Of a stretch of 64,000 nt of DNA, positions 50,401 through 62,397 are shown one piece after another. Location of the stretch: assembly GCA_001938485.1 (NCBI GenBank), contig MQRK01232656.1:1-64000 (forward strand). The letters run 5' to 3'. A program made the translations under genes and the position numbers. This DNA comes from Girardia tigrina (lineage: Eukaryota). Each line of letters starts with the position of its first letter. The first letter of the stretch is position 1. The notes under the pieces were generated by a model. That model saw only the letters and a program-made list of their open reading frames with translations, was not told the origin of the DNA and did not search any database.

Positions 50401-53400
50401 TTTTCGGTCCCTTTTGTTATTAGTTTAACCAAACTATATCAACAAATACTCGTTAATTTGTTTTGTTAAACAGTTTCCTGTATTTCCATTTTCATTATCG
50501 ACCAATTTTTAGCTCATTTTTAAACGAATAATGAAACATGAGCCCCAGTAAAGAATAAGTGTCAATAAATACTGGCAAAACCAAGGCGAAAATCGAATCA
50601 TTGAATCAAAATTATGAAAAACCTATTTTTATTATTAATGAATTTTCGTTCTTCATTTATAATAGTTTTTGTTTCCTAATGATTAGTTTCTTTAATGATT
50701 TTATTTTCAGATGAGCTGGCCTCAAAATTTGAAAAATCCGAGTCCAAGATTGGCGATTTATCGAAAACAATTTCAGATAAAGATCGGATAATTGAAGAAA
50801 TGATTTCGGATAACGACAAAAGTGAAAAAGAACTGAATCAATATATCGAGCATTTATTAACGAAAAATACACTTCTTAGCGATCTGCTAAGTTGTGTTGA
50901 GACTCGCGCCAACGAGTTACAGCAGCAATTCGACAGGTAAATACCTTTTTAAATTCTTTATACCATAGACTAACTCTTAAAATAGGATGGCAAGCCCCGA
51001 TGAATCAATGGATAGTAGCAATAGAAGCAGCAGCACTACCACTACTACCAATGATAATGGGTCCGCAAGTGTTCGAGCCCCACCAACTAAAATAAGTGCC
51101 TTTAGTGCTGGCAGTGACGATGTATTTAGTGAGCACTATGCGTACCAGATTGATGCTCCTGGAAATCTGAACGATGCTGAAGTATTTAAAAAATGTATCT
51201 TTTTGAAAACTTTAATACAACAAAATTTAGAAAATAAAATTTCGATTTACTTGTCTGGAAAGATTATTGTCAGAAGAAAGAAAAAGAACAAGAATAGCTG
51301 AAAAACAAGTTGAAATGGCTCTAAAAGACAGTGCTCATTCAAGAGTTAGTGAAGACAGTCAATTGAAGAAAAAGGAAATCGAAATGCTTAAAACTGATGT
51401 AATATTTATTTTTTATGAAAGAATTCTTAATTTACTTTAGCTTGAAGAAAAGAATGAAATGTTAGAAGAAAAAGAACAACAAATTATAGATTTAAAATCA
51501 AGACTTGACCAGACAAGAAAAATGAATGAAGCTTTAAGAACTTTGCTAGACAAACAAGAAGAAGGACCTTCTACTAGCACTGTCTCAAAAGTAAAAATAA
51601 AAAAAGTATATTTCCTTTTACTTTTTTTATTTTAGCCAAAAGACAATAATACAAATAAAGAACAAATGATTGAAATAAACAGTTATAAAAAGGAAGTATC
51701 AGCGCTGAAGAATGATCTTCATCAAGTATGTTTCCGTTTAAATTATAAAATATATTTAACTTATATTTATTTAAAATAAATATATTAATTTTTTCGACCA
51801 GATGAGTATTTTATTTGTCATTTTCTCTGTACATAAGAACTCAATATCCATAAAATGAAGAAGATTGTTTGCAAAAATTGTCATTTAAATCTGAGAGAGA
51901 TAATCGCTTAACTTTCTGTGTATCACGAATCAATTCGTACCATTGTGAATGAAGCACGTTGCTGCTCGACTAGTTCATAAAGAATTGCATTTTTTACAAG
52001 ACCTCTAACGTGTAAAGGTTGCTGAAGACCTGCTGCACGGAGTCAATTCTGACCCCACATTTATGAAACTCATTGTAACTGGTGATGAGACATGGATTTA
52101 CGAGTTCAAACGACATGCGAACCAGAGCCGAGACCGAAGAAAAACACGTCAGAGTAAATTAAAAATGAAAATAATGTTAACTATTTTCTTTGATTATCAC
52201 TGTGTAGTATATTCAGTTTTTTGCCAGTAGATCAAACAGTAAATAAAGAATATTATCTGGGCGTTATGTGGTGTTTGAGAAAGGCCAGATTAGTGGAAAA
52301 AAATACCACCATTATGAACGAATATCTTGCCAAAAACTCAACAAATATTATCAAACAACTATGTTTACTTGATATGGCTCCGCTCGACTTTTTTCTCTTT
52401 CCAAAACTGAAATTATTACTTCGAGATAACCGTTTTCAGTCAATAGAAAGTATTAAAGAAAATTCGCGACGAGAACATTGGACGATTCCAGGAAACGCAT
52501 TCAAAATTGTTTTGATGATTAGACCATTCATTGGTGATACTTTGAAGGTGATACAATAAATTTGGTCGAATAATAAATACTAGAAAAATACCCGTCATAT
52601 AGGACGGAAGAGCTGAATTTTCAAAATGTTGGTAAAATATTTATTATCAAAAAATGACATCGATGCACAAATATTTTTACACGATATACTGTCCATTATT
52701 TTCAATCACTTTCTTCCACCTTTCCGGTAGCTTCGTTATTCCTGATTCATAAAAACCTTTGCCTTTGTCAGCAAAAAACTTGTCTAGGAACGATTTGATG
52801 TCATCATCACTGGCGAATGTTTTCTGTTTAAGGAATTCTGCAGTGATCTAAAGAAGTGAAAATCCGATGGGGCCAAGTGTGGAGAATACGATGGGTAGGG
52901 AAAAACCTCCCAACCCAGTGATAAGAGTTCTGGCGAGTGGTCAAACTTGTATGCGGTCTTGCGTTATCATGCTGAATTACAACTCCTTTTCGATTTGCCA
53001 ATTCAGGACGTTCCTATTGAATTGAATGAGCCAATTTTTCCAGCTGACCACAATATCTGTTTGAATTGATGGTTTCATTCATCGGAAGGAGTTCAAAAAA
53101 CACAATTCCTTTAAAATCCCATCAGACGGAAAGCATAACCTTCTTTTGGTGAATTTCTGCTTTTGGGATCGTTTTGGCAGGCTCACCACGTTTTGTTCAT
53201 GATTGTGGGCGTTCCACATTGTTGTAAACAAACCATTTTTCGTCACCCGTAATCAAGCGCTTCAAAAATGGATCACTTTCTTCTCGCTTCAAAAGGGAAT
53301 CGCAAATGTCTATACGTTTCACCAAATGAATTTCTTTCAGTTCATGTGGTAACCANNNNNNNNNNNNNNNNNNNNNNNNNNNNNNNNNNNNNNNNNNNNN

Positions 53401-56400
53401 NNNNNNNNNNNNNNNNNNNNNNNNNNNNNNNNNNNNNNNNNNNNNNNNNNNNNNNNNNNNNNNNNNNNNNNNNNNNNNNNNNNNNNNNNNNNNNNNNNNN
53501 NNNNNNNNNNNNNNNNNNNNNNNNNNNNNNNNCGAAATTTAGAAAACCAGTATTGACACTGTCGAAGTTTTAAGGAGTCACTACCATATACAAAACATAT
53601 CTTCTTATGAGCTTGCACAGCGGTTTTCCCTTTGCGAAAATAATGTAACAAGACATGACGAATATGCTCATTTTGATTTTCCATTTCGAATTGACGGTAA
53701 AGTAATAAATTAAAACAAAATCAATTAATATTTTGTATAAACATAGTCTGAAAATTGAGGTTTCAGAATATATAATTGAATTTAAATTTTATCACATCGT
53801 TTTATATTTTCAAGTTTTTTATTAGGACGTACTCAAAAACGCAATGACTTTTTGGCCAACTAAAATATTATATTTTGTGTTTTATTGACCGATTCCCGGT
53901 ACTTTCTTGACGGAATGTATTATTTAAATTTTATAATAAATTATATTGTGAAGTATAGAATGACAGGTAGAAAGTAAACTTATATTTATTATATTTTTTA
54001 TTCAGTATGCGATAAAAGTGAACGAATCGGAAAAGATTCGAGAAAAACTTGCAAAAGAAATCCGGAATTTACAAGCGGAAATGAAAGTCCGAGAAGAACA
54101 AATATACGAACAAGATGATGAGATGCGCGCCAAAGACCACGAACTGAAGAATCTTAAACGTTTGTTAGATGAAACGCAAAACAATCTCAAGACAAACACT
54201 CAATCAAGTAACGTTTCTAGAGAAATAGAAGAAAAGGACAAACAGATTCTTGAACTAAATAATACTATTACCGAATTAAATAAATCTTTACAAAGTTTGT
54301 TTAATAAGCTTTAATGTATCATTTGTCTCTTAATTTATTGTCTTAATAGAAATCAAAAGTCAGATTGAAGAACAAGAAAAAGAAATCAAACAGAACGAAA
54401 ATCAAAACAAAATATTGTCGGACTCCATCAAAACGAGAGACGAAAGAATCCGAGAAAAAGAGGATTTTATAACCCATATCAACCAGAGATTGCAAAATCG
54501 TGAAAAAGAATTAAATGATTTTGATTTAATAATAAAACAGACAAATGAAAAATTTGAGAAAAGTGTTGAAACGATAAAAGATACGAAGATTTTACTTTCG
54601 AAGAAAGAGGTTGATTACGAATCTTTGAAGTCCAAGTACGACGAACTTCAAACGACCCACGAAAACGTCACCGGGAATTTGAATTCCGTTAAAAAGGAAA
54701 CCGAAAAATTAAAAGCGCGGATAAGTGAATTGGAAAAAGAGAAGACAAAACCGCCAATTGTGCCGAGAATTTCCACCGGAAGTTCTGTTGATGTGGACAA
54801 GCTTAAAATGGAAATATCTCAGTTGAAAAAAGATAAAGAAAATCTTACAGCTTTAATAAATAAAGACAAACCGACCTTTTCGACTGGTAGAAGAGACTCA
54901 GATGTCGCAAAGGTTGGAATAAGTTAGAAATAAAATATTAACTATATATGGTTTTATCTTTAGAGTGAGTCTGATTCTTACATGCGAGCGATCCAGCAGC
55001 AGCAATATGTGACCCGAGTCAACTTGTTGACTGATAATGTCACAAGGCTCAACAGAATTAATATTGAACTGAAACTACAGAATGAAGCCATACAAAACAA
55101 TATGCTGGAGTATCAACGAAAATATAAAAATAATAAGGAGAAATATGAAGCCGAGCAGGAAGCATGGATGTCAGAACGTATAATTTTATCGTCTAGAATG
55201 AAAGAAGTAGTTATATATAGAACCATTAGTTTTAAATTAATTGTATTATTAGTACGAAGATAGAAAATCTGTAATTGCAAGCCTAAGAAAATCTCTCCAG
55301 GAAGCCAGCCTTAGAAACGCTGATCTGGAGGGTCAGTTATGCAAACAGAAACAAGAGTCAGAACAAAAAATGGAAGACCTTTTGCAGGCTAAAAACGATT
55401 TACAGGTAAATTTTGTTAATGAGTTTTGTTAAATAACGTGATCTAATAGAAAAAAAGATGACTATTATAAATAAATTTTCTAAAGTTTTAAAAAAATCAT
55501 AGATTATTTATCTGAATTTAAAATGGAAAAATATAAACTAAAAAATGGATCTACTTATTTTAGCTTCTTCTGCTTATATAAATGTTAGAACGAATGATTT
55601 TGATCTCAGGATCTCTTGGTCCAGACGCCTTCTTACCGAGAGAGGAACTCAGTCAATGGCGTCAACAATAAATTTCTCAAAAACTTAGAAAGGGCCATAT
55701 TCTCTTTCAAGATTTCGTTATCTCTTTCTTTACTCCAAGATTGACGCTCTCTTAGATGTTTTTAAGACGGTCGAATACCTAAAAGTCACTGAGAGTGATG
55801 TCAGGATTACAGAAGGGGAGTTCCAAACTCATGAAACTACATTTGTTGATTATTTCTTGCGAAAGTTGTGCGGAGCTAATAGGCGCGTTGCCATTCAATA
55901 AGCATTATGAAGTGAGTGGTTCCCTAAGTTATTTTCTTTTGCACTCAGTAAAAAGGAAATGGAAAGTATTCTGCATTAATGGTACTACATTTTGGACAGA
56001 AATTTAAAATAACCGCACTCTTTCATGACCAGAATACATAAAGCATGGATTCTCGTCTGCGAAAAATTCTACTTTGCAATGCCACTTAGGGGACTGTTTC
56101 TTGGTCTTAGGATGATAAATTGAGAGTGAGTTCTCGTCCTGAGTAATTATATTATCAAGGAAAGTTGAACCCCATTTCTCAGACATTTCCGGGTTTGCCT
56201 GAGCTGACCGAAGGCGTGCCTCTTTCATCTCTGGAGTTGAATTCTTATTAATATAATTCTTCTTCTTATTATTATTCTTCTTCTTGTTATTTTAATTATT
56301 ATTATTAATATTTTATGTTTAAATTAATATTGAAATCCAATTAACATTATATTTATTTATTTATTTCCACATATTTTGTCAATATTAAAACAAAATGAAT

Positions 56401-59280
56401 TTTTTTAGTAATATTTCCATAAATGTTTTATTTTATTTCCATTTCCTTTAGAAAATGTTTACATTAAAATTAATATTAGATTTAAGCGAAATGATTACAC
56501 ATTTTATAGTGCAAAATAATAAATAAATAAATAATAAATAAATAACGAAAACAATTTTTCGAAAGTTCAAATTTGGAAATAAAGAAATATAAATTAAAAA
56601 GGAAAATAAATAAAAATAAATAATAATAATCATTCATTTTATGATTTATAATATTTAATCATTTACTACTTAATGTAATCATTCAAATTATATACATTTA
56701 CCAAAAAATACATTAAAAAATTATATATAAATTATATATTAGTATTAATTGTATAAATATTTATTTTCTTTAACGAAAATTTTCATTCATTCGTCTTTTG
56801 TTGAACAAATTTATTCCTCATTTCTCTTTTCACATTTATTTTATTATTTTATGTTTAATTAGTCGTAGTTTCATACGATATATTAAGCTAAATTATCTAT
56901 AAAATATAAAGATGAATGCTACTTTTGTCTGAATCCATCTGGAGACAAATTTGTCGTTATACAATTGTCCATATTGAGACAGATTAATTATTTATCAATC
57001 TAAACTATTATTACTGAATTTAATTGAATATTTTCTTATCAAAGGTCTATTTTACAAAATCAGAGAATATAAAAGAATGAAAAGAACAAAAGCGATGTAA
57101 AAAAATTCAGATCTTCATTTAAATGATGTCTACTTTATTTCATGAAGATTTATTTTTAAGTTATACACACATATATGTAATTTATACAGTTAGAAATAAT
57201 TTTAAAGACAATATACAATGTGTGACAAATGAATTGCACCAGGCTGAGAAAGTGGTAATATGCTGCACTGTTATCTACTAAGGACTACTAACAGAGGGTG
57301 ATGAGTCATTCCATGGGTTGCCTGTATATGGCAGATAAAGTATACTATATGTATCGCTATATCACATACTGTATATGCACTGAGAATGGACTTTGAACTC
57401 AACTCACACTGCAGCAGGCTGATTTTGTAGCATAGTCATTTTTGCAATGGCAGACATCTCGCAAGGACTGAGAGAAAGAGTTATTGCTTTGAGCCAGCAT
57501 ACTGACAAGATTCACTGAGAGATTGGAGAAGCTGTGGGTGTACATCACTATACCGTTACAAGGATCATCAACCACTACCAGTAGACAGACTCAACTGCTA
57601 CTTTACGCTAAGGACATTGTGGCCGGAAAGGAAAGCTGTCAGAACGAGACAAGAAAGCCATTTTGCGAGAGAGCAAGAAAGACCCGCGTGCCAGTGCTCA
57701 CTCTGTTCAAGTAGCTTATGGGATGATTGCAGCTAACGTTTCATTGAGAACCATTCAGCGTACCATGGTGGAAGGTGAACGGCTAGCGTTTCGACACAGG
57801 AAGGTGCACTTTCTTGACAAGGGAAAATGCAAAAATCGATTCCAATGGGCGAAGCAGCACATGCATTTATCACAGGAGATGTGGGATAAGGTAAGCAATG
57901 ACTCTTTATTGTAAGGCATGTCCTCCATTGTACCTGTGTATACTGTATTGTAACACAGGTGATCTTCACCGATGAGGCTGCAATTGAAATTGGTGCACAG
58001 ACAGTTCAAGTCGTTCACCGTGTACAAAGGGAAGCACTTACACCTGCTCATTTCAAATAGCAGCGTGAATTCACAACGAAAGTGATATTCTGGGGGGGGC
58101 TATCTGTGTTTGGTGTGGGCCCTCTCGTGCCTATCATTGGCACTATGAACTCAGACAAGTACATCTCCACTCTCACGAAGCATCTTCTACCGGCTGCACA
58201 GGATTGGTTTGGTGGTTCACTTAGGGAACTTCTTCAAGATGATGTGTCATGACATAAGTCAATCAAGACGACGCAATTCTTGAATGCCAATGGCATTGAC
58301 TGCGTACCTTGACCATCCTATTCACCAGACATGAATGGGAAAGAGAACGTCTGGAACATCTTGAAGAGGAAGCTGTTCCGGTTTGGCAGTGATAGAAGCA
58401 GAGATGATTTAATTGCCAAAACTACTCACATTTGGATACCGATCCCGATGTCAAGGCAACAGCCACCGCAAGTGTACAATCTATGCAACATCGTGTGTCT
58501 GAGTAAGTTTTGAAAAAGGGTGGACAAACCCATTACTGAAATATTACATATTTGTCACTGCTTTCTTATTTCCTTAGAATATTCCCGTTGGTGCAATTTA
58601 TTTGTCGCACATTGTATTTCGAGGTTTATTAGGTCACTGAATAGTTTAATTCACCTGTATTAAATGTTAAAAACATGGATTGCATAATATTTAAAATAAA
58701 GTCATACCAATGAAAAATAGATCAATCAATTTTCAATCGAGCATCCCCTTCCCAGCTCACCTTTGGATGCAATATGAAATTACCTAATGACCAGCCAATT
58801 GCAACGGTAAAACAACTTTAAAAACCGGGAGACATAAAAAGAAACATCAAACATTTCTTAAACTTTGGATCTACCAGCAAAGCCTCCAACAAACCATTCA
58901 TTGATCGGAGACTTGAGACGTGTACAAACGTTTGACTCAGAAAAGAATCTACGATATACAACCATTATACGACGGACCATATCCAATATACCGAAGTATA
59001 CCTCACAAGACCATGGAGATCAAAATTAATAATCAAACAAAAAGAGTTTCCGTCGACAGGCTGACAGTCGCTGAGATACAGGGCCAAGCTGAGCATGTAG
59101 ATGTGTTAAACTAGTTTTATTGCTTTTTTAAAAAATCAAATAAAACGTGTTTTTTTAAAAATTATAAAATCTTGTTTAAATAAACAGATTGTTATATAAA
59201 TAAAAATTTTGAATTTCATTGATTAAGTTTTCTTTTTTTGTTCATCACGTTTAATCATTTTTTTATGGAAACAACTATCC

Positions 59281-59319
<39 letters not shown>

Positions 59320-62208
59320 TAAATATTTTTGAGAAGAAAATCAAGACTCACAACGGAGTGTCAAATATAAAATAACTAAGGTCTTCAAGTTTTGAGTTAT
59401 TTAAAGTTTACCAAATGACTCCAAAGTATACTAATTAAAATAAAATATCAAATTCTAATTAAATACCAGAGATATTAATTTTTACATAAGCATATTAAAA
59501 AAGTTAATAAGAAATAATTGAAGTAAAAATTACTTTCAACAATCTTGTGCACTTTGGACATTCATAATGGCTTTCACAATAATATATAGGAAAATATATT
59601 AAAAATTGAAAATAGTACAAATTAATATAATTACAGGGCTAATTGAATCAGATCAAATAAATAAAATTATCCTGGGATTAATTTATTTAATTATAAATTT
59701 GAAAGATAACTTTATTTACTTGTGTAAAATGAAGGATTAATTCTTAATTATTTTTTTGCTTTTCTATTTTTAGAAAGTATTATTAAAAATGAGTACTGAT
59801 TATGAATTAATCGCGAAACCACTGGTCACTGACCAGTGGTCAATTGTTCAAATATGGACGCTATTAATTTTTTTAAAATCAATGTGTTTTGAAATCAAGA
59901 ATGGAATGTGCATCATGTTTATCTAAAACTTTCTTTGTAAATAGATTCAATGTTTCAGATAAATACGCATATATGTCTTAATAAAGACTGTGTAAAATAT
60001 AAATTTTATGTATATCTTTAAGAAACTGTAATTATTTAAACAATTATAAAATCTCAATAATAAATTGATTAGCAATTATTTATTAATGATCTAAAGAAGA
60101 ACAAATTAAAAATGTTATGAAAGACCTATAGATATCTAATCTAACAATCAGCCGCGTACGCAGGGGGGATTAGGGGGATAAATCCTCCCCGAAAAGTTTG
60201 AATTACGTAAGAATACATTAAATGTTTAACATTTTAAAATTTGAACTATTCAAAAGGAATAATATTTTGCAAAATTATATTCCCCCGAAAAAAATTCAAT
60301 AGTGGTCTTAATAACATTTCAGTTTTTTAACTGAATAATAATAAGAATAAGTTAAAAACCTTAATTTTAAAAGGTTAACTTACTAAAATAATTAATTTTT
60401 TGCAAAATTAAAAACTAAGTTTAAAGTTTTTAACTAACATTTAATAAGGATAAATTAAACTGTTAAATAAAGAGTAGTTTAATAAATAAAGTTTAAGTTT
60501 AAATGTGAACTATCCAAAATAATTAATATTTTGCAAATTTAAGAAGATCCCCACCGAAAATTTTCAATTGTGATATTAATTACTTCATTGTTTTTTACCT
60601 GACTATAAATAAGATTAAGTTAAAATATTTGAGTTATAATTTGTGAACTATCCGAAACAATTAATGTTTTGAAAATTTAAGAAAATCCCAACCCCCCCCG
60701 AAAAATTTAAATTATGATCTTAATTATCTAAAGTTTTGCAGAGCATAGAAATTTTTCTTCCTCAAAACATAAAACATATTGCAGATAACGAAATCCTTCA
60801 TTATATGGAAGCCAGTAATGAACAATGACCAAGTTATAGGAGTTGTATTAGTAGTATTTCGATGGTATTATAAATTTTATTATTTTAATAATAATTGATT
60901 TAATTTTTTTTAACACTTTGAGTGCGACATGACGCAGACGTCTGCGTCATATGAGTATTACATATGAATATCACCGCACTCAAAGTGTTAACTGTAAAAA
61001 TAAGAACCCGAAAATGAAAGTAATTATTGCATAATATTCAACCCCCATTCCCCGAAATATTTTTCTGCATACGCGCCTCCTAACAATTGTTACTATTTTT
61101 TCAAATCCAAAACATTCATGTACCCTTATGTTCCGTGAAGCTGACCCCTGACTCTGGCTATGAGTACCGTTGTAAAATGTAAAATAAACGTGACTAAATT
61201 AATCAAAAATCGTAATCTTTTGTCCTCAATTAAAATATCAAATTAAAAAAAATAATATTTGTAAGAGAATGTTTTGTTAAAATTGGAATATTTTTCGAAT
61301 AAATTATATCAAATTGCATTAATTAAATATAAATAAACTGTCTAATTCGTGAACAATTAATACCGAATTGACAAATTGCACAGATAAAATATATTTTAAT
61401 AATTAATATTTTAATGGAATAATAAATAAATAAATTAATTCATAATTTTCTGTCTTTTTTGACATTAAATAATATTTTTATTATTTAAATAAAAAATAAA
61501 TGTTTTATTAACAAATAAATAAATTATGAAAACCAATTTTTCAGAGAAAACTTTCTACATTTGAAGATCAACAGAAATTACCGAAGGTCTTACAACGTTT
61601 CGGGGGTAAGGTGACCTCCCGAACAACATCTGAGTCGATTTTGGATAAAGAGAAAACGGAAATAAAAGTCCGTTTAGAAGCGGCAGAAAAGTTGATAAAC
61701 AAATTGAGATCGGAAATTATGGAAAAAGATGAGAAGTTCTCTCAGGAGAAAATTGAGTTGTTAAAAAAATCAGACGAAATGAGAATTCATTTGGAGGGAA
61801 TTATACAAAATCTTACCGACCAGTTGGCTGAGGTGAAATTAATTTTTTTGTGTACAAAATTTATCATTTACGCCTTAATTTTCAGATGGAAAGCTGTAAA
61901 GAACAATTCTTTGTGCTTAAAGAAAGACTCTTTCTCATCGAAGAAGCACAGGAACGGGAAAGGAAGGTTTGGAATGAAGAGAGATTGGTTTTTCAATTCA
62001 AAATTGAAGATAACAAAATGATTGTAGAAAGTTGGTTGGACAAAATTAGAGAAGAAGTAAATGAATGCTTTTATGGTCATTATCACTCCTCGATTTAGGA
62101 AAATAATGAAAGTTCAAATGCTAAAGACGTGATTTCGAATTTGGAAAAAGAAATTGAAAAATATCTTTACGCAAAAGAATCTGTACCGTATTCTCACATG
62201 CGGAGAAG
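35489..62208 (+). CDS. SOGA: SOGA/MTCL (microtubule cross-linking factor)-family large coiled-coil protein; 3' incomplete, about 1660 aa in the window
   Basis: Phase-consistent GT-AG exons: 35489-36168, 36275-36494, 43423-43629, 43678-43851, 43894-43956, 44011-44229, 44275-44449, 48043-48633, 50711-50936, 50986-51181, 51231-51398, 51441-51590, 51636-51725, 54006-54294, 54350-54912, 54964-55206, 55253-55405, 61545-61832, 61886-62056, 62099-62208, then a donor gtaaat. Family motifs EIEEMHDHFQEDD..LRELKRDLETSNKNCRIFQFKLRK, EELRIAKEVSVRLNSELE and ERETDLNEQLKFAEDD. The symbol is family-level only. Confidence 0.85.
37028..37736. mobile_element. hAT-type MITE (intronic)
   Basis: TIRs cagtggcggatttag / ctaaatccaccacta; 8-bp TSD ataattat (37020-37027, 37737-37744). 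Confidence 0.85.
39095..39401 (+). mobile_element. Penelope-like GIY-YIG fragment
   Basis: YQFTCPKCQALYIGETNRHLRTRVAE...ILEHL...ERIIPEALLIKYLVPCLNVQ. Confidence 0.8.
39613..40149 (-). mobile_element. Family A solo-LTR-like element (left boundary tentative)
   Basis: Ends aaaatattcctcaca at 40149, followed by gaaac. A gaaac at 39608-39612 could be the other TSD, but the adjacent end is not TG. Confidence 0.45.
40274..41018 (-). mobile_element. hAT deletion derivative
   Basis: TIRs cataggcgc / gcgcatatg; 8-bp TSD attactat; dimerisation-domain remnant LTLQATTCTVERSFSTL. Confidence 0.85.
41503..42760 (-). mobile_element. Family A solo-LTR-like element, long version
   Basis: 1258 bp, TGATAC...CCTCACA, with exact TSD ctggc (41498-41502, 42761-42765). 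Shares taattatgttcgaataatca and gaatcaccattctaa with the 28548 copy. Confidence 0.75.
44826..44895 (+). mobile_element. Family A solo-LTR-like element, conserved end only
   Basis: tgtgaatattttg...gtgtgttgatttgg...tctcttctactcagatgga; the far end is not defined. Confidence 0.55.
45544..46407 (+). mobile_element. mariner element, internally deleted, spans an assembly gap
   Basis: TIRs ..gtcgaaaaataatggcggtttt / aaaaccgccattatttttcgacc..; TA flanks; WVPHDL, IATCDEKWILYDN, LVSRWQKCIDANGSYFD. Confidence 0.9.
46850..47977 (-). mobile_element. mariner element, mostly hidden by an N gap
   Basis: Perfect TIRs ttaggttgttcgatatgaaacgggtcaaa at both ends, TA flanks; minus-strand C-terminus CVDNMGGYFD*. 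Confidence 0.85.
46961..47865. other. Assembly gap (others at 45705-45826 and 53356-53532)
   Basis: Runs of N. Confidence 1.
51775..52585 (+). mobile_element. mariner remnant
   Basis: VAARLVH, IVTGDETWIY, TVNKEYY, DMAPLDFFLFPKLK with frameshifts; inverted ttcgacca/tggtcgaa near the ends. Boundaries approximate. Confidence 0.8.
52660..53865 (-). mobile_element. mariner element, degenerate, spans a gap
   Basis: MENQNEHIRHVLLHYFRKGKTAVQAHKKIC...ITGDEKW...HDNARPHT...YSPHLAPSDFHFF...PERWKKVIENNGQY; TIR-like cgcaatgactttttggccaac at the right end. Confidence 0.88.
55615..56235 (-). mobile_element. mariner-like transposase remnant, highly decayed
   Basis: FLDNIITQDENSLSIYHPKTKKQSPKW plus downstream HNA and DF*VFDRLK fragments. 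Confidence 0.6.
57216..58614 (+). mobile_element. Tc1-like element with an intron-containing, pseudogenised transposase
   Basis: TIRs caatgtgtgacaaatgaattgcacca / tggtgcaatttatttgtcgcacattg; TA TSD. Transposase 57447-58539 has stops and frameshifts. Intron 57891-57958 (gtaagc...acacag) joins WDK to VIFTDE; later LQDD and PSYSPDMNGKENVW. Confidence 0.9.
58880..59114 (+). mobile_element. Gypsy integrase GPY/F-module remnant
   Basis: IQPLYDGPYPI...IKINNQTKRVSVDRL. Confidence 0.6.
60149..61079. mobile_element. hAT-type MITE
   Basis: TIRs cagccgcgtacgcag / ctgcatacgcgcctc; 8-bp TSD ctaacaat; internal repeats cccccgaaaa. Confidence 0.8.
60914..60987. mobile_element. 74-bp piggyBac-type mini-MITE nested in the hAT MITE
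   Basis: TTAA on both sides; perfect 13-bp TIR cactttgagtgcg; internal palindrome atgacgcagacgtctgcgtcat. Confidence 0.75.
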
Positions 62209-62397
62209 GTAAATTTACTTGGTAGTAAAATGAGTTAATTGACGTTGTACGGTTTTCGTTCATGCTTTCACCATACATAAAGACCGGGATTATGTTAAGG
62301 TCCTCACAATTAACCTGTTTTGTTCATGGTTCTTATAAGATAGCAAACAAGCTATAAAATGTTTGCATAAAATAAGTAATCCTGTTTTGGTGTATTA

